This document shows positions 8,327-17,521 of a stretch of DNA of 64,000 nucleotides, one piece after another (position 1 is the first letter of the stretch; each line of letters starts with the position of its first letter). The stretch is from Myxococcales bacterium. Its GTDB lineage: Bacteria; Myxococcota_A; UBA9042; JABWCM01; BTVJ01. Position numbers and translations under genes: made by a program. The DNA is taken from positions 8,856 through 72,855 of the forward strand of contig BTVJ01000036.1 in assembly GCA_045863395.1 (NCBI GenBank). The letters run 5' to 3'. Below the pieces are notes generated by a model. It saw only the letters and a program-made list of their open reading frames with translations, ran no database searches and was not told where the DNA came from.

Positions 8327-10225
8327 GTGCTCCACGCGTCCACCGCTCCCGTGTCCGCCGCGCTGCGCGCCACCCTGGTGGCGGCGCTCTCGCTCGCGGC
8401 CTGCGACGCGCCCCCGGTCGAGGCGCCCACCATCGAGCTGCCCTCCCTGAGCGTCACCGCCTGGTCTCCCGACGTGGTGCTCCCGGGGAGCACCCTGCGA
8501 CTCCAGGGGGCGGGCTTCCTCCCGCCGGAGACCGCGACGACCGTCGCCCGGCTCGATGGCACGGTCGGCGGCTCCAAGGTCGTCTGGGAGGGTCCGGCGG
8601 CGGTTGCGGGTCCCACGGAGCTGCTCGTGACGGTGGACGACGCCCTGCTCTCCCGTATCCCCGCCGACGGCCCCCCGCTCGTCGGGACGCTGCGGATCAC
8701 GAGGACGCTGCTGACCGACGGTTCAGGCTCCTGGTTCGAGGTGCCGGTGACGATCCACGCCAAGGTGAACCTGCGCCCGGTCGTCAAGGGCCTCGCCCCC
8801 GCCGTGCTCTTCCCCGGCGACGCGGTCACGGTGGACGGCGCCGACTTCCTGCTCCCCGGGGAGGGCACGAGCGCCGTCGTCTTCACGGGCACGGTGGCCA
8901 CGGACAACCCGCCGGCCACCCGAACGCTGACGGAGGTCTTCATCCCCGGGACGACGACCACCCGCACCATGCTCCGCTTCACGCTGACCCCGGACCTCTT
9001 CGGCATCCGCCCCGGGCGCATCCAGGGGTCCCTCCGGGTCGTCAACGTCGCAAGCTCGGGCGACGCCATGGGGAGCGAGGTGCTCGCCGGGATCGACCGC
9101 CCCCTGGAGCGCCCGTACCTGGACGCAGTGACGCCGACCACCGTCAGCCGCGGCCAGATCCTGCGCTTCGACGGGCGGGGCTTCCTCCCGACGGACGCCG
9201 CCTACGAGGCGACGACGCTGCTGCTGGTCGAGGGCACGTTCCGCACCAAGGCCGGCAAGAAGGTGACCTTCTCGGGCCTCGACAGCCTCTCCCTGTTCCC
9301 GGATCGCGTCACCGCCAACACCTCCATGGACTACGTGCTGCGGGTCAACATGAACCTCAACGGGGAGCTCCAGGGCCTCGGCCTGACGGCAGGCACACTG
9401 GAGGGCACGGTCTCGCCTTGGATCCTCACGGGCTCGGAGAGCGTCCTGGGCAAGGGCATCCCGATCGCGGTGACCGTGCTCCCACAGAGACAGATAGTGT
9501 GGCTCAAGTACCTGCCCGGCTTCTCGGCGAGCCTTGAGCACTTCGGGCTGCGCGCGGTGGAGCGGCGCATCAAGGACCGGATCCTCGCCGTCTGCGACCG
9601 CGACTATGTGGGCGTCAACATCGCCTTCCGCGAGGACAAGCCCACCGACTTCGCGGAGTATGGCGTCGTGGAGGTCGGCGGCGCGGACCCCAACAGCGCC
9701 GATCTCTTCGGCCTCGACAACACCGAGGGCAAGGACGTCGGCAACCTGCGCTTCAACGACGTGATAGGCGGCCTCAACGCGGAGACCGAGACCCAGGGGT
9801 ACTACGGTTACGGCGGCATCTTCATGGAGTCCTTCCTTGGACTGAGCCCGACCCTGGGGCACGGGAGCCTGCCCATCCGGGACCCGCGGTTCGACGACCT
9901 GTTCGGCGCCTTCATCCCGGAGCTGGGGGGCGAGCCCGTCCAGCCGTCCGAGGTGCAGGGCGGCCCCCGAGAGGTGCTGGTGGCCGAGGCGGTGCGGGTG
10001 CTTGGCAACCTGGTCGGCAACACGATCACCCACGAGGTCGGCCACAGCCTGGGGCTGGCCGCCATCGACGGAGAGTTCCACAACGTGGGCGACAACCCGG
10101 GCTGGATCATGGACGCAGGCGCCTTCCGCCCCTTCGCCGAGCGGGCCGAGATCGATGGCCAGGGACCCGGGATCTTCGCCCCCTTCGACCGGGCCTACCT
10201 GGAGTCGGTCCTTCCGCAGGAGTAG
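8327..10225 (+). CDS. Lipoprotein with IPT/TIG-like Ig repeats and a C-terminal zinc metallopeptidase (metzincin-like) domain
   Basis: Lipobox LSLAAC; three repeats of the type P..V.PG..L.L.G.GFL; HEVGHSLGL zinc motif and WIMD Met-turn. Confidence 0.75.
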   Translation: MLHASTAPVSAALRATLVAALSLAACDAPPVEAPTIELPSLSVTAWSPDVVLPGSTLRLQGAGFLPPETATTVARLDGTVGGSKVVWEGPAAVAGPTELLVTVDDALLSRIPADGPPLVGTLRITRTLLTDGSGSWFEVPVTIHAKVNLRPVVKGLAPAVLFPGDAVTVDGADFLLPGEGTSAVVFTGTVATDNPPATRTLTEVFIPGTTTTRTMLRFTLTPDLFGIRPGRIQGSLRVVNVASSGDAMGSEVLAGIDRPLERPYLDAVTPTTVSRGQILRFDGRGFLPTDAAYEATTLLLVEGTFRTKAGKKVTFSGLDSLSLFPDRVTANTSMDYVLRVNMNLNGELQGLGLTAGTLEGTVSPWILTGSESVLGKGIPIAVTVLPQRQIVWLKYLPGFSASLEHFGLRAVERRIKDRILAVCDRDYVGVNIAFREDKPTDFAEYGVVEVGGADPNSADLFGLDNTEGKDVGNLRFNDVIGGLNAETETQGYYGYGGIFMESFLGLSPTLGHGSLPIRDPRFDDLFGAFIPELGGEPVQPSEVQGGPREVLVAEAVRVLGNLVGNTITHEVGHSLGLAAIDGEFHNVGDNPGWIMDAGAFRPFAERAEIDGQGPGIFAPFDRAYLESVLPQE

Positions 10226-10231
10226 GTCTCG

Positions 10232-10756
10232 ATGCTACCGCGGCACTCCCTGGCCGTCCTCTCCCTGATCGCTGTCGTGGGCGCCTGCCGCGACGGTCGC
10301 AGCGAGCCCCCCCCGCGCAAGGAGGCCGCACCCACCGTCGCACCACCGCAGGTGGAGCCAGTGGCCGAGCCCCGCGTGGTGCTCCGAGCACCGGACGGCC
10401 GCGAGGTGGCGGTACGCTCCGAGATCGTGGCGACGCCGGCGGAGCGCCAGCGAGGGCTGATGTACCGCAAGACGCTGGACCCCGACGCGGGCATGCTGTT
10501 CCTCATGGGCACGGAGCAGCCCCACCGCTTCTGGATGAAGAACACCTACGTACCGCTGGACATGATCTGGATCGGGCGGGACCTGCGGGTGGTGGGAGTC
10601 ACGGAGAACGCCCGCCCCCTGACCCTGGACCTTCGGGGCATCGACGCGCCGTCCACCTACGTCCTGGAGGTGAACGCCCACTTCGCCCGGCGCCACGGGA
10701 TCACGCCGGACTGGACCGTGGAGCTGCCGCCCGAGGCGCGAGCCATAGGGCCTTGA
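10232..10756 (+). CDS. DUF192-domain lipoprotein
   Basis: TPAERQRGLMYRK.L..DAGMLF..FWMKNTYVPLDMIWI..YVLEVNA; lipobox VVGAC. Confidence 0.92.
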   Translation: MLPRHSLAVLSLIAVVGACRDGRSEPPPRKEAAPTVAPPQVEPVAEPRVVLRAPDGREVAVRSEIVATPAERQRGLMYRKTLDPDAGMLFLMGTEQPHRFWMKNTYVPLDMIWIGRDLRVVGVTENARPLTLDLRGIDAPSTYVLEVNAHFARRHGITPDWTVELPPEARAIGP

Positions 10757-10768
10757 TTTGCAGTGAAA

Positions 10769-10798
10769 TTGACACGACGCGCCACCCTCTTCTATACA
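10769..10798 (+). promoter_or_regulatory. Sigma70-type promoter upstream of zapA
   Basis: TTGACA-18nt-TATACA in an AT-rich patch. Confidence 0.5.
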
Positions 10799-10856
10799 CA
10801 ACGGGGTGGTGAGTGCCTTGGACTCTCTTGACTTCAATCCCTCCCGAGGCTGCCGG

Positions 10857-11138
10857 ATGCGCACCGTCGATGTCACCGTCATGGGGCGAACGTTCTCCAT
10901 CCGCACGGATGAGACCGACGCACACGTCAAGGCCGTGACCGACACCGTCAACAAGCGGTTCGAGGAGCTGGGCGGGGGCGCGATGACCTCCCAGAACATA
11001 CTGATGCTGACGGCGCTCACCCTCGCCGACGAGCTCATCAAGGAGCGGACCCGCCACAAGGCGTTGAAAGAGGCCGTCCGCCTCCGTGGGAGCGCGCTGG
11101 TCAGCCGGATCGAGCAGCGAGGGCAAGGGCAGAGCTGA
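10857..11138 (+). CDS. zapA: Cell division protein ZapA
   Basis: VDVTVMGRTFSIRTDETDAHVKAVTDTVNKRFEEL..ILMLTALTLADEL; typical position upstream of 6S RNA and rny. Confidence 0.9.
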   Translation: MRTVDVTVMGRTFSIRTDETDAHVKAVTDTVNKRFEELGGGAMTSQNILMLTALTLADELIKERTRHKALKEAVRLRGSALVSRIEQRGQGQS

Positions 11139-11246
11139 GCCCCCGCACCTGTGGACTCCACGGGCGTGATGAGCGCCCGTTTGTGCTATTGCCTGGCTGC
11201 CCGCCACCGAGAGGGGGCGCATGCCCGCTCGGGCTCCCGTGCCCGA

Positions 11247-11424
11247 GGCGTGTTGCGCTGCACCGGGGGCAGGCGCTCGGGCGACGGGATGGAACGTGAG
11301 CGGAATCCCCGAGGGAGCCGGGCCCGGCAAGGCTGCGCTCGCCAGCGCGGCGCCCGTCCCGTCCCTCGCGCTCTGCCACGGGTCGCCCCGCCCCACTGGG
11401 GCCCATGCACCCCACGCACACGCC
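11247..11424 (+). ncRNA. ssrS: Probable 6S RNA
   Basis: 178-nt rod-like hairpin. 5' GGCGTGTTGCG pairs with 3' CGCACACGCC, and inner GGCAGGCGC..GACGGGATGG pairs with CCGTCCCGTC..GCGCTCTGCC, with internal bulges. It lies between zapA and rny, the canonical ssrS position. Ends approximate. Confidence 0.65.
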
Positions 11425-11528
11425 CATCCCTTCGCGAACGTCGTAACCTCGCTCCTCGGTGGTCTACCGACCGTCGGGGGCTTTGCTCATAGGGCCAGCC
11501 TTGCGCTGGACGGGGAGGACTCTCACCC

Positions 11529-13250
11529 ATGGAGACCGTGATCACAGCCATCGTCGCCCTGGCGGCGGGGCTCGCCGGGGGCTTCCTGGCAGCCCGCAAG
11601 CGGGTCGAGGATCAGACGGAGCAGGCCCGGCGCCAGGCAGAGCACATCCTGGAGGAGGCCCGCAAGCAGTCGGAAGAGCACGTGCGACGTGCGGAGGAGC
11701 TGGGCCGCAAGGCAACCCAGATCGCCGAGAAGGCGGAGGCCGAGCGCCTCAAGGCGGCTGAGGACGAGCTGCGGAAGGCCCAGGAGGCCCGACGGGAGGC
11801 GTCGGAGGCAAAGCGAGACGGGGAGGAGCTCCGGCGCCGGAGCCAGGAGGCCCTCGCGCGCGCCGAGGAGGAGGCGGCGCGCACCCTGGCGCGCGCCCAC
11901 GCGACGGAGGCCGAGTCCAAGGAGCAGCGAGCCGAGGTCCTGCGCCTCCAGACCCGCCTCGTCGAGAAGGAGCAGCACATCGACCGCAAGGCGGACCTGC
12001 TGAACGGCCGGGAGGCGGACCTGCTGCGCCGTGACCGGGAGACCGCCGAGCGCGAGCGCCGCAGCCAGGCGCGTGAGGCCGAGGTCGGGCAGCTCCACGG
12101 CGCGGCCCACGCCCGCCTGGAGGAGGTCGCGGGGCTGACCCGCGCGGAGGCCACCCGCCGCATCGTCGAGGACGTGGAGGAGGACGCACGCATCGAGGCC
12201 GCCCGCCGCCTCAAGCGCATCGAGGAGGAGACCCGCGCGGACGCGGACCGGCGCGCCAAGCGCCTGATCTCGACGGCGGTCATGCGCTACGCGGGGGAGT
12301 ACGTCTTCGACCGGGTGGTCAGCGTCGTGGCCCTCCCGTCGGACGACATGAAGGGCCGCATCATCGGGAGAGAGGGGCGCAACATCCGGGCCTTCGAGAC
12401 GGCGACCGGCACGGACGTGATCATCGACGACACGCCGGAGGCGGTGGTGCTCTCCTGCTTCAACCCGGTGCGCCGCGAGGTGGCCCGGCTCTCGCTGGAG
12501 GCGCTGATCAAGGACGGCCGCATCCACCCGACCCGCATCGAGGAGGTGGTCGAGAAGACCCGCGCGGAGGTGGACCAGACCATCCAGGAGGCAGGCGAGT
12601 ACGCGGTCTTCGAGCTCGGGCTCCAGACGGTGCACGCCGACCTGGTCAAGGTCATCGGGCGCCTCAAGTACCGCACGAGCTACGCCCAGAACGTGCTGGC
12701 GCACAGCATCGAGGTGGGCTTCCTGGCGGGGATCATGGCCGGGGAGCTCGGCCTCGACGTGAAGATGGCGCGGCGGGCGGGCCTGCTCCACGACATCGGC
12801 AAGGCCGTGGACCACGAGGTCGAGGGCCCGCACGCGATGATCGGTGCCCAGCTCTGCCGCAAGTACGGGGAGTCGCCGGAGGTCGTGAAGGCGGTGGCTG
12901 CCCACCACGAGGACGAGCCCGCGGACACGATCCTGGCGCAGCTCGTCTACGCCGCCGACGCACTGAGCAGCGCGCGCCCGGGCGCGCGCCGCGAGACCAT
13001 GGAGAACTACATCAAGCGCCTGGAGGACCTCGAGGCCATCGGCCGCTCCTTCGACGGCGTGGAGCGCTCCTTCGCCATCCAGGCAGGCCGCGAGATCCGC
13101 GTCATGGTGGAGAACAGCGAGGTCTCCGACGAGGCGGCCGTGCTGCTCTGCCGCGACATCGCCAAGCGCATCGAGGAGAAGCTCACCTACCCCGGCCAGA
13201 TCAAGGTCACCGTCATCCGGGAGACCCGGGCCGTGGACTACGCGAAATAG
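11529..13250 (+). CDS. rny: Ribonuclease Y
   Basis: N-terminal TM and coiled coil, KH domain ([19 protein letters not shown]), HD domain ([15 protein letters not shown]), C-terminal [20 protein letters not shown]. Confidence 0.97.
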   Translation: METVITAIVALAAGLAGGFLAARKRVEDQTEQARRQAEHILEEARKQSEEHVRRAEELGRKATQIAEKAEAERLKAAEDELRKAQEARREASEAKRDGEELRRRSQEALARAEEEAARTLARAHATEAESKEQRAEVLRLQTRLVEKEQHIDRKADLLNGREADLLRRDRETAERERRSQAREAEVGQLHGAAHARLEEVAGLTRAEATRRIVEDVEEDARIEAARRLKRIEEETRADADRRAKRLISTAVMRYAGEYVFDRVVSVVALPSDDMKGRIIGREGRNIRAFETATGTDVIIDDTPEAVVLSCFNPVRREVARLSLEALIKDGRIHPTRIEEVVEKTRAEVDQTIQEAGEYAVFELGLQTVHADLVKVIGRLKYRTSYAQNVLAHSIEVGFLAGIMAGELGLDVKMARRAGLLHDIGKAVDHEVEGPHAMIGAQLCRKYGESPEVVKAVAAHHEDEPADTILAQLVYAADALSSARPGARRETMENYIKRLEDLEAIGRSFDGVERSFAIQAGREIRVMVENSEVSDEAAVLLCRDIAKRIEEKLTYPGQIKVTVIRETRAVDYAK

Positions 13251-13294
13251 GGGCGTCCTGGCGAAATCCGAACAGGCTTGCTCGCTCTACCCTC

Positions 13295-14608
13295 TCAGCG
13301 CACGCGCACCAGCACGTAGCTCTTCTTTCCGCTGCGCAAGACCGCCGTACTCTCGCTGGCGAGTGTGTCCGTGGTCAGGCGCGCCTCGGCGGAGCCCACC
13401 CGGTGGTTGTTGAGATAGACGCCGCCCCCCTGGACGAGTCGGCGCGCCTCGCCCTTGCTCTTGCAGAGGCCCGCGGACACCAGCGCGTCGACCAGTGGCC
13501 ACCCCTCGCCCGCCAGGGACTCCCTGGACAGGTCGATGCTGGGTACGTCCGCAAAGATGCCGAGGATGGTCGCCTCGTCCAGGCCGTCCAAGGGCGCGCC
13601 GAACAGCACCTGGCTCGCACGGATCGCCTTGTCGGCCTCGGTCTCGCCATGGACCAGTGCGGTGACCTCGCGGGCCAGGGCCCGCTGGGCCTCTCGCGCC
13701 CCAGGGTCGCGGCTGAGGGCTGCCTCCAGCTCCCCGAGGCGCTCGTCCTCCAGGAGCGTGAAGGTGCGCAGGTAGCTCATCACGTCCCGGTCATCGGTGC
13801 GGACCCAGAACTGGTACATCTCGTAGGGGCTCGTGCGGGCCGCGTCGAGCCACACGGTGCCCGCCTCGGTCTTGCCGAACTTGCCGCCCGACGAGGTCTT
13901 CAGCAGCGGAAAGGTCATGCCGTGGGCGCGCCCACCCCGCAGGCGGCGGACGAGGTCGATGCCGGCGGTGATGTTGCCCCACTGGTCGCTCCCGCCGATC
14001 TGCAGGGAGCAGCCGAAGCGGTCGTACAGGTGCAGGTAGTCGGCGGCCTGGAGCAGCATGTAGGAGAACTCGGTGAAGGACATTCCGTGCTCGCGGTCCT
14101 CGATGCGGCTGCGCACGCTCTCCTTCTGGAGCATGGCGTTGACGCGGAAGTGCTTGCCGATGTCCCGGAGGAAGTCGATCAGCGAGAACGAGCACAGCCA
14201 CTCGGCGTTGTTGACCAGCACGGCGGGGTTGTCGCGGGCGTCGAAGTCCAGGAAGCGCGCGAGCTGCGCCCGGATGCCCTCGACGTTCTCCTCGATGGTC
14301 TCCCGCGTCAGGAGCTGGCGCTCCGTCGTCTTGCCGCTCGGGTCGCCGATGAGGCCCGTGCCGCCTCCGACTACGGCTATCGGGCGGTGGCCGGCGCGCT
14401 GGAGCCGGACGAGCCCGAGGATGGGCACGAGCGTCCCGACGTGCAGGCTGCTCGCGGTGGGATCGAAGCCGCAGTAGGCGGTGAGCCGCTCCCGATCCAG
14501 CGCACCTGCCTCGATCTCTGGGGTGGCCTGCTCCACCACCCCTCGGCTGCGGAGCCGCTCGAAGAGCCCCGGGACGTTGCCTGTGTCACTCGCGCTTCCA
14601 TGATCCAT
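13295..14608 (-). CDS. tyrS: Tyrosine--tRNA ligase
   Basis: YCGFDPTASSLHVG (HIGH-like), QIGGSDQWGNI, KFGKT (KMSKS-like) and a C-terminal S4 domain. Confidence 0.97.
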   Translation of the reverse strand: MDHGSASDTGNVPGLFERLRSRGVVEQATPEIEAGALDRERLTAYCGFDPTASSLHVGTLVPILGLVRLQRAGHRPIAVVGGGTGLIGDPSGKTTERQLLTRETIEENVEGIRAQLARFLDFDARDNPAVLVNNAEWLCSFSLIDFLRDIGKHFRVNAMLQKESVRSRIEDREHGMSFTEFSYMLLQAADYLHLYDRFGCSLQIGGSDQWGNITAGIDLVRRLRGGRAHGMTFPLLKTSSGGKFGKTEAGTVWLDAARTSPYEMYQFWVRTDDRDVMSYLRTFTLLEDERLGELEAALSRDPGAREAQRALAREVTALVHGETEADKAIRASQVLFGAPLDGLDEATILGIFADVPSIDLSRESLAGEGWPLVDALVSAGLCKSKGEARRLVQGGGVYLNNHRVGSAEARLTTDTLASESTAVLRSGKKSYVLVRVR

Positions 14609-14631
14609 GGCTCACCTCGTCAAGGGCCAGC

Positions 14632-14660
14632 GTCATACGGAGAGGTGCGCCATGTGTCAA
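14632..14660 (-). promoter_or_regulatory. Sigma70-type promoter of tyrS
   Basis: Minus strand TTGACA-17nt-TATGAC. Confidence 0.5.
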
Positions 14661-14734
14661 GACGGTTACGACGGAAGGTGGCGCCCAGGCGCGCCGCGTG
14701 TATACAGGAGGGTACACGGCCGTCCGATCCCTTA

Positions 14735-14910
14735 GAGGGTGTATTCAAAATGGCCCTGCTACGCGCGCGGTCGCATCCCGCTTGGCCGCGTCGCGGGCCT
14801 CCCGACGAGGGGACGAGTACCACGAGTACGCGCCCCCTCGTCGGGAAGCCCGCTCCTTGCCATGCGGGCGCGCCCACGCGCTCGCGACGGGCCATTTTGA
14901 ATACACCCTC
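14735..14910. mobile_element. MITE (non-autonomous miniature inverted-repeat element), possibly derived from the IS5 family
   Basis: Perfect 22-bp terminal inverted repeats GAGGGTGTATTCAAAATGGCCC (14735-14756 and 14889-14910), TTA on both flanks (14732-14734, 14911-14913), nested internal inverted repeats, and no transposase. Confidence 0.8.
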
Positions 14911-14948
14911 TTACCGCAACGCCCCGACCACGAGAGGTTGACTGGACG

Positions 14949-15743
14949 ATGAATCAGCTCGTTGCCATCGCGTGCAGCACCCCGCAGGCGATCCCCCTGG
15001 CCATGGAGGCCGCCACGCCCTTCCTGGAGGCCGCGCCCGCCACCGAGGACTTCGCCAGCGGCGTCGCCACCTTCGGCCCCGACGGACAGCCCCTCGTCAG
15101 CCGTCGGCCCGCCGGCGGGCGCCGGGACGACGAGCTCAGGAGGGCGCTCGCCGGGGGCTTTGTCCTGCACCAGCTCACGAAGAACCTGGACGGACCCTTC
15201 CGGGGCGAGGACAGCCCGCCCTACCGCTACCGCCGCTGGGTCGGCGCTCTCTTGGACCGTATCGAGCCGGGCACACGCCCGTCGGACCCGGTCCTCGCCG
15301 TCCCGCCGCACATCGCGCGCAACATCCGCGGGCGGCGGGCGGCCGAGGAGGTGTTCCACCTGTTCGTCGCCTTCATGCACAGCTTCCACAACGTGGACGC
15401 GGCCACCCCGGACCCCGCAGTGACCCGCCGCGCGCTGCGCAGCGCCCTGTCGCTCATCCCGGGGCGCTGGGGCTCCACGGGCGGCGCGGCCATGGTGGTG
15501 TGCGACGGGCGCCTCATGGTGGCCACGAGCCACGACTGGCCCCTGTGGTTCGCCACCCTCGGAGACATGACGGACGGGCGGACGACCTTCGACGCGACGA
15601 CGCGGCTCCCGATGCGCTCGGTGCCGCCCCGCGCCGTCGTCCTGACCGACCGCCCCATGGACGGGCCAGGGTGGCGGCGCGTGCCCGACGGCGGCTTCCT
15701 GCTCGCTGACCGCGCGGGGCGCTGGGAGCTCGCAGAGGCGTGA
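14949..15743 (+). CDS. Degenerate class II glutamine amidotransferase (YafJ/EgtC-like Ntn fold) homologue
   Basis: Remnant motifs EDSPPYRYRRW (compare NTHPF.Y..W), ARNIRGRRAAEEVFHLF (compare I.G.TDSE..F.L) and MVVCDGRLMVAT. No Cys at position 2. Confidence 0.6.
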   Translation: MNQLVAIACSTPQAIPLAMEAATPFLEAAPATEDFASGVATFGPDGQPLVSRRPAGGRRDDELRRALAGGFVLHQLTKNLDGPFRGEDSPPYRYRRWVGALLDRIEPGTRPSDPVLAVPPHIARNIRGRRAAEEVFHLFVAFMHSFHNVDAATPDPAVTRRALRSALSLIPGRWGSTGGAAMVVCDGRLMVATSHDWPLWFATLGDMTDGRTTFDATTRLPMRSVPPRAVVLTDRPMDGPGWRRVPDGGFLLADRAGRWELAEA

Positions 15744-15744
15744 G

Positions 15745-17310
15745 CTAGCCCTTGCGGTCGTCCCACTTGAACCAGATCAGCCCCACCAGCACGACGAGCA
15801 GCAGCGCGCCCAGGCCGATGACCATCCACTTGCGGGAGGTCCCGACCTCGGCGGCCGGCGCCGGAGCCGAGGGCTGCGCCTCGGCCGCCGCGGCAGGGAC
15901 AGCGGCGGTCGCCGAGGCGGTCGCCGAGGCAGTCGGCGGGGGGGTCGGCGAAGGAGCCGGCGGCGCTGCGGGCTCCGGTGCGGGGGCGACGGCGAGCGGA
16001 GGAGGAGGCGATGGCGCGGCCCCCTCCCGGATGCGAGGCTCGGGAACCACGGCCTGAGCCACCGCGTCGGGGCAGGGCTTCGAGCAGCCGGCCGCGTCCG
16101 CGTCCTTGTAGCCGTCGACGGTACCGCAGGCGTTGGCGATGCCGGCCCACCGCTCCAGCCCCTTGGCCCCCACGACGTCCGTCTTGTTGCCGCAGATCAC
16201 GTTGTCATGGAGCTGGTGTGCGACGCAGCCCTCGGCGCCGTAGCTGCGCTTCGCCGCCGCCTGGCACTGCTGCTCGTAGGCGATGAGCTGCTCCTTGGTG
16301 CCCACGTCCACCTCACGCACGAGCTCCGTCTCGCCCTTGCGCATCTTGTTCGTCAGGTCGTTGGCGAGGCACACGTAGTTGGGCACGCAGCCCGGGATCC
16401 CGATGGCGTCCGTGACCTGGGGGGCGCACCGATCCATGAACACGTCCCACTCGGCGCCACCTTGGGCGTTCTCCTGTCCCGTCGGGCGGATCAGGATGTC
16501 GTGCCCAGCCGCCCGGAGGTCCGGCAGCCAGGCCTCGTGCACCTGGCAGCCGTGGCAGCCGCTCGAGTAGAACAGCGCCGTGCCCGCGCGCGCGCCCGGC
16601 AGGGGCGGCTTGCAGACGCATGGGTCCCAGGGGCCCGCGGCGCCGTCGCCCGAGCCCGACGCCGCCGGGCTGGAGAGCCGCACGCCGACGCTCCCGCCCG
16701 TGATCACGTTGTTCTTCAGCACCGGCAAGGCGTCACAGGCCGCGATGCCCACCTGCGCTCCTTGGACGTGGGTGCCCGTGACGACGGCGCCCCGGTTGTC
16801 GAGGGTCGCGCCCGCCGGGCACGCGCCGCTGTCGTCCGCGCCGAAGGCGATGCCCACCTTGCCCTTGGACACGATGGAGCGGGTGACGCGCAAGCCCTCC
16901 GTCCCGATGGCACGGATGCCCGCGACCTCCGCCTCGACGGTGTTGTGGAACAGGGTCACCTGCTTCGCCCCGGCGACCTCGATGCCCACGTCGGCGCCGG
17001 CGACCTGGACGTTCTTCACCAGCACACCGCTGGCCTCCACCCGCACGGCGACTGGGCTCTTGCCGCCCACGGACCGGATGTCCCGCTCCAGGCCGTCGAG
17101 GCGAGCGTCCTGCCCCTTGATGACCACGCAGGGGCCGCCGCCCTCGTGGACGATGTCGTCGGAGAGCTCCGCGCGGGCCCCGGTGGTCGCGAGGGCGGCA
17201 GTGCAGCTCTCGCAGGACGAGCAGCGGGTGGCGAACTGGGCGGAGGCCGGCGCCGGGGAGAGCGCTGCCCCTGTGACGAGCAGAGCAGCGAGGCGAATGG
17301 AGATCGTCAT
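15745..17310 (-). CDS. Secreted, C-terminally anchored right-handed beta-helix protein with an inserted CxxC module
   Basis: Signal peptide; beta-helix repeats (VLVKNVQVAGADVGIEV, TLFHNTVE, VLKNNVITG); ALFYSSGCHGC; Pro/Ala linker; C-terminal TM followed by a short charged tail. Confidence 0.75.
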   Translation of the reverse strand: MTISIRLAALLVTGAALSPAPASAQFATRCSSCESCTAALATTGARAELSDDIVHEGGGPCVVIKGQDARLDGLERDIRSVGGKSPVAVRVEASGVLVKNVQVAGADVGIEVAGAKQVTLFHNTVEAEVAGIRAIGTEGLRVTRSIVSKGKVGIAFGADDSGACPAGATLDNRGAVVTGTHVQGAQVGIAACDALPVLKNNVITGGSVGVRLSSPAASGSGDGAAGPWDPCVCKPPLPGARAGTALFYSSGCHGCQVHEAWLPDLRAAGHDILIRPTGQENAQGGAEWDVFMDRCAPQVTDAIGIPGCVPNYVCLANDLTNKMRKGETELVREVDVGTKEQLIAYEQQCQAAAKRSYGAEGCVAHQLHDNVICGNKTDVVGAKGLERWAGIANACGTVDGYKDADAAGCSKPCPDAVAQAVVPEPRIREGAAPSPPPPLAVAPAPEPAAPPAPSPTPPPTASATASATAAVPAAAAEAQPSAPAPAAEVGTSRKWMVIGLGALLLVVLVGLIWFKWDDRKG

Positions 17311-17521
17311 GGGGAGTCCTCCGTCGGGGTCTCAGGGCGTCGCTCGGCGCGACAGGCGGCGAAGTCTCGCACGGGAGACATCAATGCCACAACCCGCGTT
17401 CTGCTTCCCGGCGACCCGCTCCAGGAGCTCTGCCACGGCGCGCGGCCCGCTCCCCGGGCTGGGCTCGTGGTCCGCGACCCCTTTCCTTGTCATGGGTGCG
17501 GGGCGCGCTATCATCGGCGCC

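Noticed and set aside
14735..14910. T-box or other tyrS leader riboswitch
   Set aside because: It lies upstream of the predicted tyrS promoter, has no T-box sequence, and has TIRs plus a target duplication, which fit a MITE better.
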